Positions 1-8,592 of a DNA stretch of 32,000 nt are shown here, piece by piece. Source of the stretch: an uncultured Erysipelotrichaceae bacterium (GTDB lineage Bacteria > Bacillota_I > Bacilli_A > Erysipelotrichales > Erysipelotrichaceae). Each line of letters opens with the position of its first letter. Position 1 is the stretch's first letter. Both the position numbers and the translations under genes were made by a program. The stretch covers positions 1 to 32,000 of the forward strand of contig CAYWGS010000001.1 of the NCBI GenBank assembly GCA_964457525.1, written 5' to 3'. The notes under the pieces were generated by a model. That model was not told the DNA's origin. It ran no database searches and saw nothing but the letters and a program-made list of their open reading frames with translations.

Positions 1-106
1 TCTTTTCGTTTCTTAAAATTACTTCTGGAGCTTTTATATCAATTAATCTTTTTATCACTTAATCATATAGAAAGAATAAGTTTCTTAGCTCCTGAGCGTT
101 TAAATA

Positions 107-133
107 TTACGAAATATATGTTTATGTTAGAAT
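107..133 (+). promoter_or_regulatory. Candidate extended -10 promoter for the DUF1295 gene
   Basis: TGtTAGAAT (hexamer 128-133 with a TG one base upstream). The only -35-like hexamer, TTACGA (107-112), sits at a short 15-nt spacing. The element lies 25 nt upstream of the ATG at 159. Confidence 0.35.
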
Positions 134-158
134 GATGTACAAATAAAAGGGGAACCAT

Positions 159-1037
159 ATGGATAAGAAAAGAATACTAATTTACATTATTTTGTTAGCA
201 TTAACATTCGCTATCGCAACTCAAGGATTTACAAACATTGGACTCGATGGATTACTCATTCCACTACTCTTTACCTTTGCGTATTTCACCGCTATTTTTA
301 TTGTCGCTACGAAAATTAAAAACAACTCAATCGTTGATATCGGCTGGGGGTTTGGCTTTGTGGTAGGTAGTTGGTTAACATTACTGGTCACAGAAAATCC
401 TACGATTCTATCCTATGTAATTGTTGCATTTATAACAATTTGGGGACTACGATTATCCATTCGTCTATTAAAACGTAATTGGGGAAAACCAGAAGATTTC
501 AGATACGCTGATTGGCGAAAAGAATGGGGGAAAGATGTAGTTATCATCGCATTCTTTAGAGTCTTCATGATTCAAGGTATTATTAACTTTATTGTTGGGG
601 CCGCAAGTTATACAGTAATTAAGTACAATCAATTTGTATTAGGTTCTACTGAACAATACTTTGTTTATCTAGCATTGTTTATTGCGATAGTTGGTTTGTT
701 CTTCGAAGTGGTTGGGGATGAACAATTAAGAAGACACATCAATAAAAGAACCAAATCCCTCTTAACAACAGGATTATGGTCCATAACACGTCATCCAAAC
801 TATTTTGGTGAAATATTGATTTGGGTAGGATTGTATTTAACAGGTATTACACTTGTTTATACTCAATCCGTTAACCTATTGTATTATGCATTGCTCATCG
901 TATCACCACTTGTGATGAGTACCGTACTGATTAAGATTTCTACACCACTTCTAGAAAAGAACATGGAGAAATACGCTGGTTGGAAAGAATATACACAACG
1001 TGTTCCAATGATCTTCCCTTGGGGTAAAAAAGCTTAG
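159..1037 (+). CDS. DUF1295 / steroid-5-alpha-reductase-like polytopic membrane protein
   Basis: 292-aa ORF with multiple hydrophobic segments. The C-terminal ITRHPNYFGEILIWVGLY motif is characteristic of DUF1295/ICMT-fold membrane proteins. A purine-rich RBS (AAAAGGGG) precedes the ATG. Confidence 0.75.
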   Translation: MDKKRILIYIILLALTFAIATQGFTNIGLDGLLIPLLFTFAYFTAIFIVATKIKNNSIVDIGWGFGFVVGSWLTLLVTENPTILSYVIVAFITIWGLRLSIRLLKRNWGKPEDFRYADWRKEWGKDVVIIAFFRVFMIQGIINFIVGAASYTVIKYNQFVLGSTEQYFVYLALFIAIVGLFFEVVGDEQLRRHINKRTKSLLTTGLWSITRHPNYFGEILIWVGLYLTGITLVYTQSVNLLYYALLIVSPLVMSTVLIKISTPLLEKNMEKYAGWKEYTQRVPMIFPWGKKA

Positions 1038-1771
1038 TTATTGTCGATTAATCGTTCGATTTCATGAACCATCATAGGATTCAATTCTGTGATGGTTTTT
1101 ATATACTCTAATATATTTCTTGATGATTCAATGATGTTGGAATAACCTAAAATGGATGATTCTAAGAGGGGTACTAATTCAGGGTGATTAAACTCAACTC
1201 TTCGATCATAAGAAAATTTATCTGTATCCATTTCGTTTCGATTCATTGCGAGAATACGATCAATCGCATGTACTTGAATTAAACGAAAAGCAGATAAATG
1301 TTCACCTCTTCGATATCGACATAATCCTACATAGAGGTTCGTTAGTATTTCATTGATTGCATAATCTGTAGTTTGATTTAGAATTGGATACTTCACAATA
1401 GGAGAACTTGATAAAGGATAACCATCCTTTTTAAAGATAAAGTTACCCTTAGAAAATGGAATATCGTGTAACTGATCTATTTCAAATACTGCATACTCAG
1501 CGTAGATTCCATCTTCCCACATGATTTTATGCCCATCTTTTGTGTTTCTAAAAGTATAGGCTAGAGGTGCACATTCTTCTAACCAATCAAGATGGTATAG
1601 ATATTTATCTTGTTTATCTTTTTCAACGATTACAAAAAAGTCTAAATCCGAATAATCATCCATTCGTTCTAAGTCAGCACAAGAACCCAATGCAAGTAAA
1701 GCGATACAATCTTCTCTATTTTGTAAGACATTTCCAAGTTGATTCAAACGATTGATTAGTTTCAAGTTCAT
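1034..1771 (-). CDS. Pol-beta-superfamily nucleotidyltransferase domain protein (substrate unknown)
   Basis: 245 aa. The N-terminal LALGSCADLERMDDYSDLDFFVIVE carries the G-S...D-x-D nucleotidyltransferase signature. A GAGGAG RBS lies upstream. The stop overlaps the convergent DUF1295 stop by 4 nt. Confidence 0.6.
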   Translation of the reverse strand: MNLKLINRLNQLGNVLQNREDCIALLALGSCADLERMDDYSDLDFFVIVEKDKQDKYLYHLDWLEECAPLAYTFRNTKDGHKIMWEDGIYAEYAVFEIDQLHDIPFSKGNFIFKKDGYPLSSSPIVKYPILNQTTDYAINEILTNLYVGLCRYRRGEHLSAFRLIQVHAIDRILAMNRNEMDTDKFSYDRRVEFNHPELVPLLESSILGYSNIIESSRNILEYIKTITELNPMMVHEIERLIDNN

Positions 1772-1826
1772 AATTTGCTCCTCTTATTAAGCATAAACCA
1801 GTTTCTTTATGAGTTAAAGTGGACCA

Positions 1827-1855
1827 TTGATAAACCTAATGCACAAGCCTATAAT
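1827..1855 (+). promoter_or_regulatory. Near-consensus sigma-70/sigA-type promoter
   Basis: TTGATA (1827-1832), a 17-nt spacer, then TATAAT (1850-1855). An AAGGAGGA RBS and the ATG at 1878 follow. Confidence 0.6.
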
Positions 1856-1877
1856 TTGCTTGAAGGAGGATTCACTC

Positions 1878-1976
1878 ATGTTTGACATTGTGGATTTTCT
1901 GGAGCCAATTATACAAGGAAATTGGAAGTATCTTGGTGGACTAGTACTTGGAATCTTACTTTTATTGATAATATGA
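1878..1976 (+). CDS. 32-aa hydrophobic peptide (MFDIVDFLEPIIQGNWKYLGGLVLGILLLLII), possibly the N-terminal fragment of a longer gene
   Basis: Not in the ORF track because it is too short. It has a strong promoter and an AAGGAGGA RBS 8 nt upstream. It ends at TGA 1974-1976, in the same frame as ORF 1989..2291. Confidence 0.4.
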   Translation: MFDIVDFLEPIIQGNWKYLGGLVLGILLLLII

Positions 1977-1988
1977 GTTGTTCGTCTT

Positions 1989-2291
1989 TTGTGGGTTGAA
2001 AGACAAACAAAAAAAGATGATGAGTTTATCGAATCACATCAAAGTACTCCAATAAAATCACTTCAGAAAAGGGTATGGATTATATTTTTATCGATTGTGA
2101 TATTGATTATAATTGTATTACCTTTATCGATGTGGATAACAGTTGAAATATTAAAAAGTGTAGATTCAATTGAGCCTGGTATTGCATTTTTGTTTATCTT
2201 CATTTTATTTATACTTATCTTAGTATTATCATCCATTCAAGCAGTTAGATTAAGACGATTAAGACGTAGATTTAAGAAGTTAAGTGTTTAA
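1989..2291 (+). CDS. Small membrane protein (2 TM) with an RRLRRRFKK tail, possibly the C-terminal part of a gene interrupted by TGA at 1974
   Basis: 100-aa ORF from a TTG start with no recognisable RBS of its own. It is in frame (mod 3) with the 1878 ORF. Confidence 0.35.
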   Translation: MWVERQTKKDDEFIESHQSTPIKSLQKRVWIIFLSIVILIIIVLPLSMWITVEILKSVDSIEPGIAFLFIFILFILILVLSSIQAVRLRRLRRRFKKLSV

Positions 2292-2638
2292 GGTTTGATA
2301 TATGCATAACCTTCATGTTGCTTAATCATCAGTTCCTTAACACCAGTTGGTACGATGTGGACATTTTGGATTAATAAACTTGGATCTATCTTATTCGATC
2401 TTAGTGAATTATTGCATAGACTAAAAATTACGCCTTTGTTAATTAGATTTTGTACATTCGTATGTTCAACTTCATTAATATCATTTAATACAAATAGCTT
2501 CACTGCTTCTGAATTCGCAAGAACTTCAATGGTAATCGGTTCTTGATCCATCGATTGAATTAAATTGTTTACATTTGCGAGTAAAAGTTTAAATTTACTA
2601 GTCTCATCAATGTGAAATATCGTTCTATAAGTGTTCAT
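2288..2638 (-). CDS. DsrE/DsrF-like (COG1416-type) small protein
   Basis: 116 aa. The pattern FHIDE...LANVNNL...IEVLANSEAV...LCNNSL...VHIVPTGVKELMIKQHEGYAYIKP matches the conserved layout of DsrE-related COG1416 proteins. An AAGGAG RBS is present. Confidence 0.6.
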   Translation of the reverse strand: MNTYRTIFHIDETSKFKLLLANVNNLIQSMDQEPITIEVLANSEAVKLFVLNDINEVEHTNVQNLINKGVIFSLCNNSLRSNKIDPSLLIQNVHIVPTGVKELMIKQHEGYAYIKP

Positions 2639-2814
2639 ATTTTCTCCTTATTTGTGTGAAAATAACTATCACATACTGTTCACTTAAGTGTCACCGTAGA
2701 TTATTGTATTTCTAGATATAAGTGCTATGATGAAGATACCCTTTAGGAAGATTGATTTGCTCGATAAAATAATGCGATATCGATGAGCGTTCAACATAGT
2801 ACCTAAAGAGCTGG

Positions 2815-2845
2815 GCATCTAATGTAAAAGTTAGATGCTCTTTTC
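2815..2845 (-). terminator. Candidate terminator hairpin downstream of the permease gene
   Basis: GCATCTAA (2815-2822), an 8-nt loop, then TTAGATGC (2831-2838). The stronger T-run is on the plus side and the minus-side U tract is weak, so the assignment is tentative. Confidence 0.35.
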
Positions 2846-4248
2846 TATTGCTTGATAATAAGTTGATTTAAATCTTCATTGGATAAATTACGATATTTCT
2901 TGATTGACATTAAGTAGAATACAATTCCGAGCATAACCCATACAAATAGAGCAACTCTAGACTGAATAGCCAAAGAAGTTGGAAGTCCAGGTAGTACCAG
3001 TAGAAGTACAAATCCAATGGATAAGATAGAACCTAATAAACTAATCCATTTCAATCTTAATTTAGATTTCTCACGATAAAGTAATAAGAATGTAGATGAT
3101 GAAGTATAGAAATAGCCAATGGCTGCTCCTATGGATGCCATATCTACGATCCATAATAAGACTTGACGACCAAACCAAGGAGCGAGTAATGAAATAATCA
3201 TCACAAACAAAATGGAGTTCTTAGGTGTTAATGTTTTTGGGTCAAGATAAGCAAACCAATCAGGTAAAGCACTTGCTCTTGCGATAGAATAAAGTAATCG
3301 GCTGGATGCCATATAGAATCCAATAATACCAGTTAATACAGCAGCTACTAGAGCGATACTCAATATAAATAATCCAGTTTTACCCATCAATACTTCTACG
3401 GCATAGCCAGTTGCCCAAACAGGATTAGAATTGATCAAATCTTGCCAAGGTAATACAAGTGCAGTAATCGTATTCAATGATATGTACATTAATCCACCAA
3501 GAATAATCGCAATAATCATTATTCGTAGTGATTTCTTACTTGAGAAATTAAACTCCTCTGCAGCTTGAGGAATCGCATCAAAACCGACATAAGCCCATGG
3601 AGCAATCGCAATAATACTCAAGATACCACTTATTGGGCTTTGTTTAGGTGAGAATAATGGGGTTAAATGATTAAAATCTGTGCTAGGACTAAATAACGCA
3701 ACAATCGTTAGTAATAAAATACTTGAAACAAGGGTTAGAGCTAAAACGGTTTGAAGTTTACCTGATACTTTGATTCCTTTGATATTGGTATAGCCAAATA
3801 GAATTAAAGCGAAACTTGAGAGTAGGACTTCACCAAGGTAGACATCCCACCCAGCGATGGTATATAAAAAGCCAAATTGTAATAACCCAGGAAATAATGT
3901 GCGAAACATTAAGGCAAGAGCTGTCGTATTGAGTGGCACAATCGATAAATAAGAAAGACCTAGAAACCATGCACATATATATGCATGTGTTCTGCCATAA
4001 CTCGTATATGCATAAGCAAACTCTCCACCTGCAACTGGGAATCGTTGAATCATGTATCCATAACTAAGCGAAATAATAATCATGATAATTGCGCCTATAC
4101 TTAGACCAATCGCTGTTCCTAATGGGCCAGCAGAATCTAAGAATAAGTTGCCAGGCATTACAAATGCACCCCAACCAATAATACAACCTAATGCGATCGA
4201 CCATACATTTAAAGGACTTAAACTTCTATTTAACTTCTTCTCTTCCAT
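2845..4248 (-). CDS. APC-superfamily amino acid permease
   Basis: 467 aa with about 12 hydrophobic helices. The N-terminal LSPLNVWSIALGCIIGWGAFVMPG is typical of APC transporters. An AGAGGGGGA RBS is present. The start lies 23 nt inside the upstream ATP-grasp gene. Confidence 0.8.
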   Translation of the reverse strand: MEEKKLNRSLSPLNVWSIALGCIIGWGAFVMPGNLFLDSAGPLGTAIGLSIGAIIMIIISLSYGYMIQRFPVAGGEFAYAYTSYGRTHAYICAWFLGLSYLSIVPLNTTALALMFRTLFPGLLQFGFLYTIAGWDVYLGEVLLSSFALILFGYTNIKGIKVSGKLQTVLALTLVSSILLLTIVALFSPSTDFNHLTPLFSPKQSPISGILSIIAIAPWAYVGFDAIPQAAEEFNFSSKKSLRIMIIAIILGGLMYISLNTITALVLPWQDLINSNPVWATGYAVEVLMGKTGLFILSIALVAAVLTGIIGFYMASSRLLYSIARASALPDWFAYLDPKTLTPKNSILFVMIISLLAPWFGRQVLLWIVDMASIGAAIGYFYTSSSTFLLLYREKSKLRLKWISLLGSILSIGFVLLLVLPGLPTSLAIQSRVALFVWVMLGIVFYLMSIKKYRNLSNEDLNQLIIKQ

Positions 4249-5197
4249 AAAATTCCCCCTCTTTATTTATTGTACTTAAGTCTAACCAAGAGCCCATCTC
4301 AAGTTCTAATTCGTGATCAATAAAGGGCATAAAACCATTAAGATGGAAAAAAGTTAATTCGCCAAAGATTATTTCTCCATCTAGATTATATAAGTCTACT
4401 CTAACATGCGGGAATGATTGTGATAATTGTGTTGCGATCTTAATCATTTGATCAAAGTTTACTGGTTTAGGTAAAATCAGGTTTTGATCATTCTCACACC
4501 AAATATGTACATCTCTGAAGTTCCAATCACAGTCATAGAAATTCTGTTTGTGTTGTCCAAAACGATCTATATCAACTTGGATCAATTTTGGTTGTCCATT
4601 GAAACAATATATCTTATAATCCATCGGAGGATTACCTTGATCATCCGATAAGTATTTCTCAACTACAATTCTTGGTTGAATCGTTTTATAGACCCACTCT
4701 CTACCTTTATAGAAGTAGTTTACCTTCTTCCAGTAATTGATTTTCTTGGTAATGTTTTCAATACTCAACTTAGTCTTATCTTTCACGATAATATTAAATC
4801 CAGAACCATGTGTAGCTTTAATCACAAAGCTTTGTGGTAACTTCTCGATTGGAATGTCTTTCGAATCTGCCACAACACAATAGAGTTCATTGAGATAACG
4901 CTCACCAATGGTTTGTTTAATGTAATCTCTCACGGCATATTTATCTGCACACTTAGGCGCTAGATTATCTCTCCAATAGAGTTTTAACCATTGAAGTTTA
5001 TCGTTGTATAGAATAGGGGACTCTAAATTAACACGTCTTTTTAAACTCAATAGAAATTTTATTCGTATAAAGAATTCATCAGTGATGAAGGTTTTATTAA
5101 ACCATTGAACGATAAGAATCATTTGATGATATATACTCTCTGATTTCTTTAGAATGATTTTTAATTGATTTAGAATTTTCATATCCTTATAATACAA
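4226..5197 (-). CDS. TupA-like ATP-grasp (amidoligase-type) protein
   Basis: 323 aa. YNDKLQWLKLYWRD...KYAVRDYI...IKATHGSGFNIIVKDK matches the ATP-grasp_TupA family layout. The start is either TTG 5197 or ATG 5182. Confidence 0.7.
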   Translation of the reverse strand: MYYKDMKILNQLKIILKKSESIYHQMILIVQWFNKTFITDEFFIRIKFLLSLKRRVNLESPILYNDKLQWLKLYWRDNLAPKCADKYAVRDYIKQTIGERYLNELYCVVADSKDIPIEKLPQSFVIKATHGSGFNIIVKDKTKLSIENITKKINYWKKVNYFYKGREWVYKTIQPRIVVEKYLSDDQGNPPMDYKIYCFNGQPKLIQVDIDRFGQHKQNFYDCDWNFRDVHIWCENDQNLILPKPVNFDQMIKIATQLSQSFPHVRVDLYNLDGEIIFGELTFFHLNGFMPFIDHELELEMGSWLDLSTINKEGEFYGREEVK

Positions 5198-5253
5198 TAT
5201 AGTACTTTACTTAAGGAATTACATATAAATAACATAAGCATTAATCAAATTAA

Positions 5254-5282
5254 TAAGTAATCTAAACAAGATAAGGTATAAT
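5254..5282 (+). promoter_or_regulatory. Candidate promoter for the epimerase gene
   Basis: Perfect TATAAT at 5277-5282, 25 nt upstream of the ATG. The -35 region (TAAGTA) is poor. Confidence 0.3.
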
Positions 5283-5307
5283 AGGAACAATGAAAATGGT
5301 GGGATAA

Positions 5308-6408
5308 ATGAAGAAAATACTAGTAATATTTGGTACTCGACCAGAGGCAATAAAAATGTGTCCACTGGTACTCGAATTAAAAAAACGTACAGAATTTCAA
5401 ACGCTTGTATGTGTAACAGGTCAACATAAACAAATGTTGGATCAAGTGTTAGAGGTTTTTAATGTTGTGCCAGATTATGATTTAGCTATTATGAAAAACA
5501 ATCAAACCTTATTTGATGTGACAACTTCAATTCTTGAACACATCAAAGATATATTAGATGAAGTAAAACCTGATTTAGTGCTTGTCCATGGAGATACAAC
5601 AACAGCGTTCGCAAGTGCACTCGCAAGTTTCTACAATCAAATACCGGTTGGACATGTGGAAGCGGGACTACGAACATTTGATGTCTATTCGCCTTTTCCA
5701 GAAGAGTTTAATCGTCAAGCGATATCCATTATTTCAAAGTTTAATTTCGCGCCTACAGAATCTGCCTATCAGAATCTCATCAATGAAGGCTCTAAGAAAG
5801 AAAGCATTTTTATTACAGGAAATACAGCAATCGATGCGCTAAAATATACCGTTAATCGTACGTATCATCATGAAATATTTGATTGGCTACAAAATGATCG
5901 TCTTATATTAATTACGGCTCATCGAAGAGAAAATTTGGGTCAACCTTTAGTCAATATGTTTAAAGCGATTAAACGAGTCATGGATGAGTATCCGGATTTA
6001 AAAGCGGTTTATCCGATTCATATGAATCCAAAAGTTAGAAAAGTTGCGAATGAAATATTGGGAGATTCAGATCGAATTCGAATTATTGAACCACTCGATG
6101 TATTAGGTTTTCATCAATTTATGGCAAAGTCCTACCTCATTTTAACAGACAGTGGCGGTATACAAGAAGAAGCCCCAAGTTTAGGCAAACCTGTATTAGT
6201 GATGCGTGATACAACAGAAAGACCAGAAGGGATTCAGGCTGGAACACTTAAATTAGTGGGTACAGAAGAAGAATATATTTATCATTCTTTCAAGGAATTG
6301 ATCACAAATCCTGAAGCGTATAATCGAATGGCAAATGCCAATAATCCATATGGAGATGGTTTCGCAAGTCAGAAGATTGCGGATATCATCATTGAAAAAC
6401 TTATTTAG
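5308..6408 (+). CDS. wecB: UDP-N-acetylglucosamine 2-epimerase (non-hydrolysing)
   Basis: 366 aa. MKKILVIFGTRPEAIKMCPLV, VHGDTTT, HVEAGLRT, LILTDSGGIQEEAPSLGKPVLVMRDTTERPEG are hallmark WecB/MnaA motifs. Confidence 0.92.
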   Translation: MKKILVIFGTRPEAIKMCPLVLELKKRTEFQTLVCVTGQHKQMLDQVLEVFNVVPDYDLAIMKNNQTLFDVTTSILEHIKDILDEVKPDLVLVHGDTTTAFASALASFYNQIPVGHVEAGLRTFDVYSPFPEEFNRQAISIISKFNFAPTESAYQNLINEGSKKESIFITGNTAIDALKYTVNRTYHHEIFDWLQNDRLILITAHRRENLGQPLVNMFKAIKRVMDEYPDLKAVYPIHMNPKVRKVANEILGDSDRIRIIEPLDVLGFHQFMAKSYLILTDSGGIQEEAPSLGKPVLVMRDTTERPEGIQAGTLKLVGTEEEYIYHSFKELITNPEAYNRMANANNPYGDGFASQKIADIIIEKLI

Positions 6409-6431
6409 AAGGCAATATTTGTCTTCTTTTT
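6407..6431 (+). terminator. Rho-independent terminator after wecB
   Basis: 8-bp stem AGAAGGCA/TGTCTTCT with one G-U pair, a 5-nt loop and a T-run through 6431. Confidence 0.6.
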
Positions 6432-6441
6432 AATGTATAAA

Positions 6442-6472
6442 TTTACACCGTTTATTAGTAGTATGGTATAAT
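6442..6472 (+). promoter_or_regulatory. Extended -10 promoter of the nine-gene envelope operon
   Basis: TTTACA (6442-6447), a 19-nt spacer, then TGgTATAAT (TG 6464-6465, hexamer 6467-6472). Confidence 0.5.
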
Positions 6473-6526
6473 TCAAAAAATAAGTCATATTAAACGTATA
6501 TATGAGATAAGGGATCTGGGGGATCA

Positions 6527-7327
6527 ATGAAGAAAGAAAGAGAAACGCTTAAAAGACAAATACGTTTTTCACATACGTATCGACATTTAAGAGTAGAGAA
6601 GCTAAAACAAAACCTGTATTTATGGTTTGTAATATTGCCATTATTTATTGTGCTTTTATTGAATTATGACAAACTAAGCTTATTTATCTCTGAGTTTGTT
6701 AGAAATATATTATCGACAGTTATTCCTCTATCGGATATGACGATCGTATCTTCATCGTTTATTCCGTATCTAGGAGATATCCATTACATTAGTCTACCAA
6801 CTGCGATTTATCAAAGCGGTTTAAATCTAATTACATTATTGATATCAGTTCTATTGTTTATCTTTGTATCAACAGGTAGAAGAAAAGGGCATCCATTTAG
6901 TATCTTTATTGAGATGGGTTTGTTTGTACAAATTATATCTTGTATCTTTTTTCTTTTTGCCTCAAATGATTTTCCTTATACAGCTACCATTTATTCAGAA
7001 CTCTACATTAAGCAACAAATCAGTTTATGGTTGTTCTTTTTTGTGATTATTGGATTGGTAACCGTATTATTAGGAAGTGGTTATTTTGTTTATAATCTGG
7101 TGTTTGTCCTTAAAATTATCAGTTACTCGTTCATTTATGGCGTACTACGATACATCACGTATTTATTTATTGTGAGCCAGATTTCAACCATCTATATGGC
7201 AACCTTATTCTTTACGCTTGGGCCATTATTTGATTTCTTGTATATTACTTATTTCTATGGTCGATATGTCAGTCGTATTATTGAGGTCAATGAGTCTAAA
7301 GAAAGTGAGGATATTTGGCAATGGTAA
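6527..7327 (+). CDS. Polytopic membrane protein (about 6-7 TM), family not recognised
   Basis: 266 aa and strongly hydrophobic. A GGGGGA RBS is present. The 3' end overlaps the GT2 start by 13 nt. Confidence 0.7.
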   Translation: MKKERETLKRQIRFSHTYRHLRVEKLKQNLYLWFVILPLFIVLLLNYDKLSLFISEFVRNILSTVIPLSDMTIVSSSFIPYLGDIHYISLPTAIYQSGLNLITLLISVLLFIFVSTGRRKGHPFSIFIEMGLFVQIISCIFFLFASNDFPYTATIYSELYIKQQISLWLFFFVIIGLVTVLLGSGYFVYNLVFVLKIISYSFIYGVLRYITYLFIVSQISTIYMATLFFTLGPLFDFLYITYFYGRYVSRIIEVNESKESEDIWQW

Positions 7328-8592
7328 TCAACTTTCTAAAGGGCTTTATGATCTTCTCTGTTATTTATATGTTAATTTATGCCATTCGACATATGGTGTA
7401 TTCTTTTAGTCGTATGTTTGGTAAACAACGTAAATACTATGATGATATTTATACCAGCGAAATGCCAAGTATATCGGTACTTATCCCAATGTATAACGAA
7501 GAAAAAGTATTGGATAATGTTCTCGATTCATTGGTTGCCTGTGAATATGATCGTGATCGTTTAGAGATTATTCCAATCAATGATTCATCTACAGATCGTA
7601 CAAAAGAATTGTTGGATGCTTATCATGCACGATATGAATTTATTCGTCCAATTCATCGTAATTCAAGTTTAAGAGGTAAACCTGCTGCGCTTAATGATGC
7701 GATGAAGATTGCTAAAGGTGACATTATTATCGTGTTTGATGCGGATTATCGTCCCAATAAGTATATGTTAAAACAGTTAGCTCTTGCCTTTTTAGATCCT
7801 GCGACAGGTGCGGTAATGGGACGTGTTATTCCATACAATTCCAGTAAGAATTTACTCACTCGTTTGCTTAGTTTAGAAAGAGCGGGTGGATATCAAGCTG
7901 ACCAACAAGCACGATACAACATGGGAACACTTCCACAATATGGGGGTACCGTTGGTGGTTTTAGACGTGAACTCGTTATGGAATCCGGTGGATTTAACCC
8001 ATATGTATTAGCAGAGGATACAGAACTAACCTTTAGACTTTACTTAAATGGTTGGAAGATTGTGTATGCGAATTCCGCTGAATGTTATGAAGAGGTACCT
8101 GAGACCTATGCAATTCGCGGTAAACAAGTTCGTCGATGGTCGCGTGGTCATAATAATGTGGCAATTCGATATTTCTTCCCGTTGTTGTTTTCAAAGAATC
8201 TAAAATTATTTGAGAAGTTGGACGGTTTATTACTCCTACTTATTTATATGGGTCCAACCATCTTTATGTTTAGTTTTATTATTTCATTGATTCTATTCTT
8301 CAGTGGTGAGATGAACTTAATCTCTACATGGTGGGTTCTTATATTCATTGGTGCGACCAATTCACTGGGCAACTTTGCGCCTTTCTATGAGATTTCTGTT
8401 GCGGTAATTGTCGATGGTAAGAATAACGATATTAAACTCGTTCATTTAATGTTATTTAGTTTCTATTATTATGTATGGCATATCTCACTTGGTTTCTTTG
8501 AAGCAATCATCGATCTCGTCACAAAACGACATGTTAAGTGGAATAAAACGGATCGATTCTTGGTTAAACCTAAAGATGGAGGTGCAAAATGA
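7315..8592 (+). CDS. Processive family-2 glycosyltransferase (membrane-embedded polysaccharide synthase, PgaC/IcaA/BcsA-core-like)
   Basis: 425 aa. One N-terminal TM and several C-terminal TM segments. Motifs: VLIPMYNEE, NDSSTDRT, FDAD (DAD 7738-7746), LAEDTELTFRL, QVRRWSRG (Q-x-x-R-W at 8125-8139). Confidence 0.88.
   Translation: MAMVINFLKGFMIFSVIYMLIYAIRHMVYSFSRMFGKQRKYYDDIYTSEMPSISVLIPMYNEEKVLDNVLDSLVACEYDRDRLEIIPINDSSTDRTKELLDAYHARYEFIRPIHRNSSLRGKPAALNDAMKIAKGDIIIVFDADYRPNKYMLKQLALAFLDPATGAVMGRVIPYNSSKNLLTRLLSLERAGGYQADQQARYNMGTLPQYGGTVGGFRRELVMESGGFNPYVLAEDTELTFRLYLNGWKIVYANSAECYEEVPETYAIRGKQVRRWSRGHNNVAIRYFFPLLFSKNLKLFEKLDGLLLLLIYMGPTIFMFSFIISLILFFSGEMNLISTWWVLIFIGATNSLGNFAPFYEISVAVIVDGKNNDIKLVHLMLFSFYYYVWHISLGFFEAIIDLVTKRHVKWNKTDRFLVKPKDGGAK

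Noticed and set aside
1-58. Possible minus-strand ORF running off the left edge (GTG about 58, VIKRLIDIKAPEVILRNEK...).
   Set aside because: It has no RBS and a non-ATG start, and only about 19 codons are visible, so no family recognition is possible. It cannot be supported from this window.
1974-1976. TGA read as tryptophan (genetic code 4) or as selenocysteine.
   Set aside because: TGA terminates well-supported genes here (glmE, the cyclase, CotH, MarR). Trp is consistently TGG and long ORFs are unfragmented under code 11. A selenocysteine in the middle of a hydrophobic helix with no redox motif is implausible, although a downstream hairpin exists.
2655-2673. TGTGA-N9-TCACA palindrome upstream of the DsrE-like gene, CRP/FNR-like in its half-sites.
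   Set aside because: The spacing is 9 nt rather than the 6 nt of CRP/FNR-type sites, and there is no CG core for a cre site. It lies between the RBS and any plausible promoter, so the support is insufficient.
6432-6526. Possible c-di-GMP (GEMM) riboswitch in the leader of the synthase operon.
   Set aside because: The predicted leader after the -10 box is only about 48 nt and lacks GEMM-like conserved helices.
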